Below are positions 36,314 through 47,400 of a stretch of 64,000 nt of DNA, one piece after another (the stretch's first letter is position 1; each line of letters begins with the position of its first letter). The translations under genes were made by a program, and so were the position numbers. The notes under the pieces were generated by a model, which saw only the letters and a program-made list of their open reading frames with translations, ran no database searches and had not been told where the DNA came from. The stretch spans positions 631,555-695,554 of the forward strand of contig NW_015167545.1 of the NCBI RefSeq assembly GCF_001447785.1, read 5' to 3'. This DNA is from Gekko japonicus. Its lineage: Eukaryota.

Positions 36314-36953
36314 GTTTGAATGCAGTGACAACATAGGACTCCGAATGTGTTATCAGCTAAGGCAAAAAAAAAGCGATATGCACTTTCTCCGTTAAGCACC
36401 CCAATACTTAGGAGAATGAGCCAGATTGCCGAAGCCTTTCTCCGATGGTTAAAATGTTTTATTTAGTTTCAGTCTCTATCCCATGTTGTTCTAATGTCTT
36501 GGGGTTAAGTCACAGCAAACTGGCATATATTCCCCTACCCTGCTAGTCAAATGAATTAATATTAAAATGCTATTTGCAATTATCCCCTAATTGGTTTAAC
36601 CCCCGTTTTTGAAACCCAGCTCCAGAAGTTCAACAGGCACTGCTTTCCCCATTAAATGTTGTAAGATGGACACATCCAATGGGTAAACACCAATCAGCTG
36701 TTCACCAAGTCTGCAGCTCTTAAGAAAAGAGTCTGCTAGCCCCCACCCCCAATTCATAGTTGCATTATAGCTCTCAGGTAACAAAATGCCACCTACCCTG
36801 CTTCGCACGAGTCCCTGCCATATTTAGTGCAGAAAAGATATGGGCTAGCGTTAGCTCCAAAAGGCCAATATGTTCGAAATATTTATTACTATTTATTACT
36901 ACAGTGCCTTGGGAAAGGGAAATGCATGTTTTCTAAACATGTACCGAAACATC

Positions 36954-36959
36954 AATAAA
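36954..36959 (+). terminator. PHKG1 polyadenylation signal
   Basis: AATAAA about 640 nt after the stop, followed by GT/T-rich sequence. Confidence 0.6.
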
Positions 36960-37360
36960 TGGGCTTTGTTTATTGGATATGATTTGGTCTTGATGAGCAA
37001 CACGGTTTTGCTGCTGAAAGAGCACCCACGCACATGAACCTGCCGTATACTGAATCGGTCCACCAATGCTAGTATTGTCTGCTCAGAGTAGCAGTGGCTC
37101 TCCAGGATCTCAGGCTGAGGTCTTTCACATCATCTACTGCCTGGTTCTTTTAACCTGGACTGAACCTGGAACTGTTTGCATGCCAGATGCTCTACCACCA
37201 AGCCATGGCCCCCTCCTAGAATAACCAACCCAGAATACTTAGATTTGATACAGCACATGACACTGCTTTGCTTCATGTTGCTCCACTGCCCCAGTTTTGT
37301 CGCTTCTGACCAGTGGTGGCTCTCCCAGTGCTCAAGCAGAAGATGCCAAGCACTGAACCT

Positions 37361-38024
37361 TAGAGATGTAAAATTTTCGGAAATTTTGAAGCTAGGAAAA
37401 AAACCCGTTTTTCCCCATTTTTTTCCGGGGGGAAACGGAAATTTTTGGAAAAATTGAAAAAAATGCTACATTAGCATTTTGTTTGTCTTTTCTAGTTTGA
37501 AAGTCATTCTGTTATTTTAGGAACATAAAATATGACTATGGGCATTTTGACTTGGCATGAAATTATCACAACTAGCATATTAAAAATACAGTGTATCCAA
37601 ACAATTATTACAGAATACCCACCCACATGCAAAAACAAAACTGAAACTTTTTTATTTTCTTCTGACAATTGCACCTCCTAAAGGAAGAAATGCATCTTGT
37701 TCTTGCATTGGAGAGTTCAGTTTGTAACCTAGGACTTGCTTGTCCTCAGTGCACAGAAATTACATCAATCTAATACATATATATATATTTTAGAAATGAT
37801 TTGGAAAATATTTGAACATCTGGTCTTAAAATATTTTATTCATCATATTAAAATAAAACGTTTCATAATCAATTTTTTTCCCCTTTCTTTTTTCAATTTT
37901 TCCAATTTTTCAGAAAAAAACAAAAAGGCTTCAGGAAAAAAACGGAAAAAAAAAAAAAGCGAAAAAACCCCCCCCCCCCCCCCCCCGAATTTTTCCAGTT
38001 TTTTTTCCGGGCCTTCACATGTAC
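37361..38024. mobile_element. Non-autonomous DNA transposon (hAT-like)
   Basis: TAGAGATGTAAAA...TTCACATGTA ends with AT-rich subterminal CCGG/GGAAA repeats. Confidence 0.55.
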
Positions 38025-38169
38025 CTGGAATTTCTCCTATACACAAAGGATCTGTTCTGTTCTGAGCTCTAGAAACAGACCTGGGGGCTATGATCCATTT
38101 ATGGCATCTTTTCACAGCGTTTCTCCATAGAATGTAGATGCCCATGTTACAACCAACGGAAGCCTTTTC

Positions 38170-38175
38170 TTTATT
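38170..38175 (-). terminator. SUMF2 proximal polyadenylation signal
   Basis: AATAAA on the minus strand 130 nt after the stop. Confidence 0.55.
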
Positions 38176-38304
38176 GCATACTAATCTTTGGTCCCCACTA
38201 GGAGCATCAGAACATGAATCTTGATCCGGTCCTAAAATTCACTGCTCTCGTGACTGCTCTCCACAGGAGAAAAGATCCAAGCCCTTGTTTGGAGACGATC
38301 CCCT

Positions 38305-38401
38305 TCAGAGTTCTGTGTTTTTGCTCACACTTTCCAGGGAGAGACTGGCAGCACAACGGAAGCTCAGGTTGTCCGAGGCAGAGTCTGGCGTGTTCCCCAT
38401 C
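38305..38401 (-). CDS. SUMF2: SUMF2 exon 9
   Basis: [31 protein letters not shown]. Confidence 0.95.
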
Positions 38402-41400
38402 CTAGGGAATAAAACGGCATTTAGCTCCGGGGTCCCCAAGCTTCTTGAGCTAGTGGGCACCTTTGGAATTTATTTATTTATTATTTGTATTTATACCCAT
38501 ACCCCGCCTTGCCTGACAAGCAGGCTCAAGACAATTTTGCAAGAGGGTGGTGCGTGCCACTCCAAAATGGCTACTGCAAGAAGCAGGACCGAAACCAAAA
38601 TGGCCACTGAAGGAGGCGGAGCCAAATGTACTGTCTCCCTCCTAACATCCCCTGGGAAGAAGGAAAGACTGAAAAGTAAATGGAACCAAACAATGGCTGA
38701 GGGAAAACCAGGCGCTGAACAGTTTTGATTCTCCAGTGGAAAACTCCTTCATTTGAAGGAGGGCAACCTGCCTTAAAGTAGCCCAACCAACATTCTAAAA
38801 AGCTCAGTGGGCACCTTGTTAGGGAACATGGGCTGCGGTCACACGCAACATTAGCCACGCAAGACATACGGAAGACAGGCGGAGTTTCCGGGCGCGATCT
38901 CACCAGCACATCTGGGGAGCGTAGCGCTTCTGTGGCACAACCGAGGCTTCCTCCTGAAAACGCGCAGCAAAAAACTAGTACCTCGGAGGTACTAGTTTCC
39001 GGAAACTGCGGGACAAGGGCGGGCGTCTGATCGCGTTTCCGGTGGCATCCAGCGCCCGCCCATGTCCCCTTGCGAAGAAGGGTTTTTTTGTTCCCAAGTC
39101 TCCGTGGTTGCGCACACGCACCCAACGGAGCATGCGCATTCGTAGTGTACACAAAAAAAGAAAACCAGTTCGCCGCGCCGCGCGCTTCTTTGTTGCGCAC
39201 AGGCATGTGTTGTGATCGACGCCTCTCCGTAACCACGGAAGCTCCACGGTACCTCCACAGAACCTCCACAGGAGGTATGATCGCTTTACTGCATGTTAGT
39301 TTGCCCCGGGGCAAACAGCCACGCTTCCCCCCCGCAGTTTCCTGCCCGTGTGACCGGGGCCTTGGTTTAGCTGATTTAGCGATTAAGTTTCTGTGATTGC
39401 TTAAAAAGTTCATCCCTGATTAAGGAGGTCCTGGATGTGTTCTTAAAATGTATATTGAAACAAATGTGCAAAAAAAACTTGAATAGCAGCTGCCATCTTA
39501 AAAGATGCAGTCCTGTTTTTCTCACATACAGGATGGAATGCCCCTTATAACAGATGACGTCAGTCCTGGAGGGTGGAAACGGGGTGCCAACTAGCCAGCA
39601 AAAGCCAATGCAAAGAGCTTCCATGAGCTACACCCACCTTGTCGTCACCCGAGCCTTGTGATTTGCCATCCCATCCACCGTGTCAATCCAAGAGGCTCCC
39701 CGCAAGACATGCATCTCCTGAGCAGGCTGGCGGGAGGTACGTCCGGGAGGGCGATAGGCTGAGGCAGTCCATTCCCATGTGTTTCCTAGCAGGTCATAGA
39801 TCCCTGGGATACAAAAATGGCTGGTGATTCACTGGAGAAAACATCCAGTCCACACTAAAGACATACACCCCTGCCTTCTTGGGTCTTAGAAACACAGAGC
39901 TGGAAGGGACTCAAAGGGTCATCTAGTCCAATTAGCAGTCGGACCCCTCCTCCTGCAGAAGGGCAGTTTAGCGGTTAGAGAGAAACATAAACACCCTTCT
40001 TTAATGTCACCCCAAAATCATGCGCAGGGCACTGCCTGGCCTAAAAGAAAACAAAAATGGATGCCAGTCAGAAACAAGCCTGGGCAAGTATTTTGGAAGA
40101 GTCAGAGTGACTGGCTGGTTAATGTTTCCCTTCCACACCCTGGAGAGATGCATAATTTGGAGCAATGTGTCTCCCAAGACCTTTTGGTTCACCCAGGATT
40201 AATCCCATCAACACCTGAAGAAGTGAGCAGTGACTCACAAAAGCTCATACCCTACCATAAATTTTGTTAGCCTTTAAGGTGCTACTGGATTTTTCTACTG
40301 CTACAGACTAACACGCCATCTTGATCTATCAATACCTATGTGGCGGAACGGGCCCGCGTCAGCTGGCAGACCCCGCTCTGCCCACCCCTCCTTTGCCTGA
40401 CCTGGCACCTGAAGGGGCAGTTTTTCACTACTGCCTCCGGGTATTGCTGCCACCACTGTCCCTGTCTTGGGCTCTGGTTAGGCGGGACAGCCTCCTAACC
40501 TCCCTCTGCTGTCGCTAGGAACCCTGGTAATATTCGGGGCTCCCCTGGAGAGTTGGCAACTGACTGTTTTGCCCTTATTCTCCTCCTCAGGGAGTCCCCA
40601 ACCCACTCTTAGCGTGTCCAAGTGGCTGGGGGAACTATGTGGTACAGAGGGACTTCTCAGGGTCAACAGTAAAAGAATTTATTTTGAAAACACTTAACTA
40701 TATACAGGCATATTAACAGTGAACTGAAGAATTAAAATAAAGGTGGATAATAAATCGCTCCATCTCTCCCTTCACTACACATACCCTGTCTAGATGGTCT
40801 GCAGGGCAGGCACACATGACTTGTTTTCATTGGAGGAAGTTAGAGTAGCACAACTCCCAACATGGCCTCTGCCTCCTGCAGCCTCCAGCCTGACTGGCTC
40901 CAGACTTCAGGCAGACTGCCCTCAATTCTCACAGACTGGCTTCCCGCCCAAAAGCTCCACTATATCCAACAGCCCTTCCCGCCCAGGAAGTGACTCTCCC
41001 TCCTGCAGCATTATGGGGCAGATCTCCTCACAACCTTGATGGACTTCCTGTCCTCTCTAGGGAGCTGCCCTCTGACTGCTCGTTGGAGACGGGGGGGGGG
41101 AATGAGGAGGAGACTAGGCCAAGGCCTACCTCAGGTTTCATGGTCTCCTCCTATTTGGCCCACACCAACTTAAACATAGGCATAAAATGGCGTTTCTCCA
41201 CAACCTATGTCCATTTCCCTTGATTAGTCGACAATTAAGCAACACTTAAACCTATTCACCATTCCCATTAGCCCTACCCATCCAACATTAGCAGGCTCAT
41301 CAGGCCCTTCACACCTTTTGTCCACCAGAAAAAACCATAAGTTATTGGTTTTGGGGGTGAATACATCAACCTGCCCCAGGGTACGTTTTGCCCTATAAAT

Positions 41401-44400
41401 TATGGTATCCTGCTCTGTAGCAGTGTGTGCTCCTGGTACCAACAGCATGCACCCCCACTTTGTAGGTTTCTTCTCCCCATGAAATGCTGGCCATTTTGCT
41501 GCTGTTCCTGGACCTCTACAAGATTTGGTAAATATTACCCTTCCCTAAAAAGCTTTCCCATTTCGTCCCTTCCTGCCTTCCTATCGGAATCTGCCTAAAT
41601 TCACAGAATCAGCATTGCTGTCAAAGATGGCCATCTAGCCTCTGCTTAAAAACCTCCAAAGGAGGAGCGCCCACCACCTCCCGAGGAAGCCTGTTCCACT
41701 GAGGAACTGCTCTGTCAGGAAGTTCTTCCTAACGTTGAGCCAAAAACTCTTGCCCCTAATCCCAGAAGCATGGGCTCTAGCCCCCAGGGATGTAATGGGC
41801 AAAGAACACATTCGGGAGAACGATGACTGAGCCAAGAAGAATTTGTTCATTGATAATGACCAGTCCTCATTGGGCAATTGGGTGTTGGGGTTCTTTTTCT
41901 AATTTACACATTAATGGCCTTCTGCATACCTGGGGAGTCTCCCAAATAGGCAAAAAAAACACCCCACCTTGCCAAGGGTGGTCCCGTTTCATCCCCCCCA
42001 CTGACAGCCATTAAGTTTGCAATTAGCAGGAAAGCAGCTGATCGTGAGGGTCACCATATCTAATGACCGTTTCAAGTTTCTAGTCCTTAATATGGCAATA
42101 ACAGTGCTGGAATGCCCCTTCTATTGCTCAATGGAGGAATAAATGTTGGGACCACTTTGTGATGGATAAAGTAGCAGATAGATATGAGTCACACACACAA
42201 GGGTATGCCCGATCCAATTCCAGATTCATTCGAAAATGGCGTCCTCTTATAACATATTGTACAGAAAACGATGTATTACCAGCGAATTCTAGATATGCAG
42301 AATGGATACATCTTTGAGAAATTTTTATGGTCCGAGCACTATCATACATTACTTTTGAGGTCTTTCTAAAATATATCTGGATTTATTATACATTATTACT
42401 TTAGGAATAGTAGAACAATTGGAAAATCACAAGAAAGTGACAAGGACATGGTCATAGGATGATTCTGATGACATGTTAATAGATGGCATTGTGATATATG
42501 TATCTGCACTTACAGTTGGTATTAATGTTTAAACAGTATGCTTGTTTATGTATACTTGACTTATCTTCTAATAAAATTCATTATAAACTGAAAAGAAAAA
42601 AAACAGTGCTGGAATGAACCCCTCAAAGTTGCCTAGCACAAAATGATACCGTTAGTCCCTCTAGCTTAGTCTTGTCTCCTCTGTCTGACAGTGGCTTTAC
42701 AGGGTCCCTGGGAAACCTGCTACATGAGATTATTTTTAACTTTCTGCACACAAAGCAGATGCTCAACATCTGAGCCCCAGTAGAAAAGAGTAAGAGTCCA
42801 GTGGCACCTTAAAGACTAACAAAATTTGTGGCAGGGCAGGAGCTTTCGTGAGTCACTGCTCACTTCTTCAGATACAGCTACTGGACTCTTTTCTACTGCT
42901 ACAGACAGACTAACACGGCTACCCATCTTGATCTGTCTGAGCCTCAGAAATGCCTCCGAGAAGTCAAAGAAGGCTGAGGGGTTTCAGAGGAAAGAGTTCG
43001 GTTTCCAAGGAAGAGGACTCTAGCCTTCCACCTCCCCCCATGATTAATAAACACAAAAACATTGTGCAACCTTTTTTTATGAAAACTTATATCAGGTACT
43101 GTAATGATTTCATGTTTTGGTGTGTGTGTTTCTTTAAATGTTTAGTTTGACTGCAGTACTGTAATAAAAGTGATAGAGGGAGATAAGTGTGATATGATTG
43201 GCTGATGACAGAGTGTGGGAGGAGTGGTGTCTATGAGAGTGATTCAGTCTGTGAGACTATGGGAGTTTTTGAGTCTGTTCTGTGTGAATATGAGTTTTGA
43301 GTCTATTCTGTGTGAATATGAGTTTTGAGTCTATTCTGTGTGAATAAGACAAAGAGTTCAGCCTGTGGGGCTATATAGATGAGAGAGAGAGAGATTAGAC
43401 TGAGGTCTCTATGTCTGTCAGAATGGAGTTTTGGGAGTTTGAGAGGCTGTTTGTGACACCAAGCTTTGCCAGTTATATTTACAAGTTCCTTACATCAGCA
43501 ACAGTTCAAAATAACCAGAAACCTATTTTGTTCTTTATTAAATAAATAATTTTTGTTTAAGCATATCCCAGAAATCAGAATAGTCCTTCCTCAGGGCCAC
43601 ATAGTCCTCTGAAGTGCCCAGAGCCCAGGTCATTCTACCAAAAGAGAGAGATTTGGAATTTTAAATTCCTGGTGGCAGCAGAAATCTACCAAGTTTAGGT
43701 ACACAGAGTGTTTTAAAGGTAAAACCATCTCCCCAATAAGTGAGGACGTCACAGGTACCCCCATCTAGTCCCCAGAGTATATCTACACATGCCAGTGGCT
43801 GAGGCCAAGGGAAGGCTTCCTTACCATAGCTGTTTTGTGGAGGGAATGCTGCCACTGGGGAAACTCCGTGGTAGCCATCTTCAGCTGTGTCCATGTCAGG
43901 GAAGCTGCCCTGTAGGCAAAAAAGGAGGGTATCTTCTCACAAACAGTTTAGGCTGTCTCAATGGCACAAGCTTGCTAATTGCCACTTGGGGCATCAATAT
44001 TCCTAGTAGGGCTGAGGAAGGGTGCATAATTCACACTTGTGTGCTCTGTGATGGTCGCAAAAGATCCTGAGGTGCTCCTCCCCCATTCTACGATGCAGGG
44101 GGAAGAAGCCACCTCACCCTGATCCCAAAAACAGTTTAAGGAAGCCATCGTTCACATTTTTCACCCACCTTTCCTCCAAGACCTCAGAGAGGCATACAGC
44201 ACTGCTTTGCCCCATTTTATCTTCAAAGAAAGTCTCCTCGGTCTAACGTTAACATTCTAAACACTTGCCCCAGAGGGCTCTCAACAAGGACTGGACACGA
44301 AACAGCCAATTTGGAACCCAAGCCTTTTAAGCCAGTCACCAGAACGGACCAGGATCAGAAATAATCCAGAGACCAGGGCCAGGATCAATGTTCCCTCTAA

Positions 44401-47400
44401 GCTGTGGAGTCTTGTGTGCAAAAATTCTACATTCCGAGCTACTGGCATTAAAGTTGTGAACAGGCGATTTGTCTGCTGCATAAATTAGCTTGCTCTGGAG
44501 CCATCCTTCCTGAGCTAAGGCAAAAATGCGTGAGCTAGAGGCTGAAAAACTGTGAGCTAGCTTACGCTAACTCAGCTAGAGGGAACACTGGCCAGGATCT
44601 CCCCATCTTCCCAGCATAAAATCTGGGCAGTAAGTGAGATGAAAGTGGTCTTCTAGTTTCTGCTGATCTTCCCCTGGGAGCAGGAAAAAGAAAGCTCAGG
44701 CAGGACTGATGTTACACGGACCTCAGCGCCAAGGACTGAGCCTGGCCTGATGTTCTGATCATAAGAGTCAGCCCCGCAAGTTTAGAATGAATAACCGTCG
44801 AGTCCAGCGTCACCTTTTGTGTGGCGGTTAGACCAGACGCCTCCAAGAATGAGGACAGGGCGGTCAACGCCTTCTCTCAGTGTCACAACAGGTTCTGTTT
44901 TCCTACCTGCCACAGGTTTGTGCGGTTGGCCAGGAATTTGTTTCCCCACGGATACAGCCTGTCTACCAAAAATGGGAAAGAGAGATTGTGTTAACCCACC
45001 CCATAGCAGTTAGCTTCCTGGTCCCTTACCTAACACGGTTATCCACCCGCAGGGTTTTTCGTCTCTTATGATTAGGGTTGCCAATCTCCAGGTGGCACCT
45101 CGAGATCTCTCGCCTATTACAATGGATCTCCAAACAACCAAGATCCGTTCTCCCAGAGAAAACTGCTGCATTGGAGGGCATTATTCCCTCCTGAGGTCCC
45201 TCCCCAAACGCCACCCTCCCTAGGCTCCACCCCCCAAATCTCCAGGTATTTCCCAAGCCAAAGCTGGCAACCCTACTTGCTATTAAACTCCTTAAAAGAA
45301 TGCCGGAGGATTTACAAAGACTTATTTTGGTCTGGACATGTTGGTTGGCTTGTGTCTTTCAGAACAGAAAGCTGAAGCCAGTATTAAATGTGGATTCTCC
45401 AAAAACAAATTTATATCATTTTTTGAGGGTTGGCTGGGGATGGGGGAGGTGGAGGGGGGGGTTGGCTGGCTCCGCCTCAAGGATGCAGGAAGACCAAAGA
45501 GTGATTAACCCTTGGAATTCACTGCCACAGGAAGTGGTGGCGGCTACAAGCATGGACGGCTTCAAAAGGGAATTAGATAAGCATATGGAACAGAGGTCCA
45601 TCAGTGGCTATTAGCCACAAGGTATAGATAGGGACTCTGGGGCAAGTGATGCTATGTCATCTTGGTGCTTGGGGGGGGGGTCAACAGTGGGAGGGCTTCT
45701 AATGTCCTGGCCCCACTGGTGGACCTCATGATGGCACTGGTATTTCTGGCCACTGTGTGGTACAGAGTGTTGGACTGAATGGGCCTTTGGCCTGATCCAA
45801 CATTGGCATCTCTTATGTTCTTATGAAGATCAAAGCCAGTTTGCTGCCCAGCTGCATGCTTTTGATGGCTGTATTTGTGCTTCGTTTTAACAGTGTTCCG
45901 ACAATCCTCTGGGTTTTAACTGTATTTTAAGCCATGGTGAAAGGAAGGCTATACAGCAGCAGATCCTACAAACAGCCAAAAACAGAAGTGTTCCTGACTG
46001 CAAGACCTCCTCACACACTATTCCGAAGAAATGAACCACACACAAGGAAGGAGCTGCACTTGGAAAAACCATATTCGAAGGGACAAGGCACCAGTCTGTT
46101 TGGGCCACCATCATCTGATCAACTCATCTAGCCTTGATTGTTTTTCTATGGGACTGGCACAACTCCGGCAGAGCCTCAGTGGCCGTCTAAGGCCCTTGCT
46201 TACGTACTCTCCAGTCCTCCCCGGGCGGCAAACTCCCACTCTGCTTCTGTCGGAAGCCTCTTCCCTTTCCATGCGCAAAAGGCTCTGGCGTCGTTCCAGC
46301 TGACATGCAACACCGGGTGGTCCAGCTGGTCCTTGATGCCCGATCCAGGACCTGCAGGCTGATGGGAATTTCTCTGAGCAGGTTGGGCATCTGTCCACAA
46401 CACCGATATGACACAAGCCGGAGGCTACGTTTTGCGGTCCACGCAAAGAGATGAAGCTGCCTTATACAGACTCGGCCCATCCATCCGTTTAGCTAAACAT
46501 CATTCGATTTGGTAGCAGCCCTCCAAGCGCTCAGGCGGAAAGAGGACGTTTCCCAAACCCTGCTGCTAAGTGGAAATGTCAGGGATCCAACTGGGGACCT
46601 TCCGCATGCAAAGGAGGTATTCTGTCACCGACCCATGGCACTCCTTAAATTATCTGCCTGTCGCCCTGACCTGGATAGCCCAGGCTAGCCCAATCTCGTC
46701 AGACCTTGGAAGCGAAGCAGGGCTGGCCTTGGCTAGTATTTGGAAGGGTGACCTCCAAGGAATACCAGGGTCATAATGCGGAGGCAGGCAATGGCAAACC
46801 ACCTCTGAAATGTCTCTTGCCTTAAAAACAAGTCTAGCTCGCCACCTAGTGGTGCATACCACTAAAAGAGCTAGAACTTCTGCCTGCCAGACAATCTTAT
46901 GATCTTCTGGCTATTACACACAATGCCATACAATATTATTATTATTCATCAGTCACATTTTCAACCTGCCTCTTCTCTGAAGAGTTCGAGACAGTGTGCA
47001 CGGTTCTTCCTTCCTCTTTGTTACCATGTGAGATAGGCTAGGCCAAGAGTGAGTTGTGATCCACACTGAGTCTGCTTGCAGGGAAGGATGGGGTATAAAT
47101 CAAATCAAATCAATAAATGGTCATATGGTACCCAATGAGCTTCCAAGCCGGGTAACGATTTGAAATTGTGTCTTCCAAGTCCAAAAACAACATTCTAAGC
47201 ATTACCACACACCACCTCTCTCTTTGATACAAAGCTGCCTTATATTAAATCAGACACTCAGTTCATCTAGCCCAGGGGTCCCCAACACGGTGCCCACCAA
47301 GTCTTTTAGAAAGTGGGCGAGGACAAGTGGGGGCTCTTACCCAGCAGGACTTCTGACTGGCCACTGGAGATCCAACTGGTTGTGCAGATTAAAATAATGC

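Noticed and set aside
38571-39413. 280-aa ORF on the minus strand
   Set aside because: It spans a GC-rich Harbinger-like MITE in SUMF2 intron 8 and has no recognisable domain, so it is probably a chance ORF.
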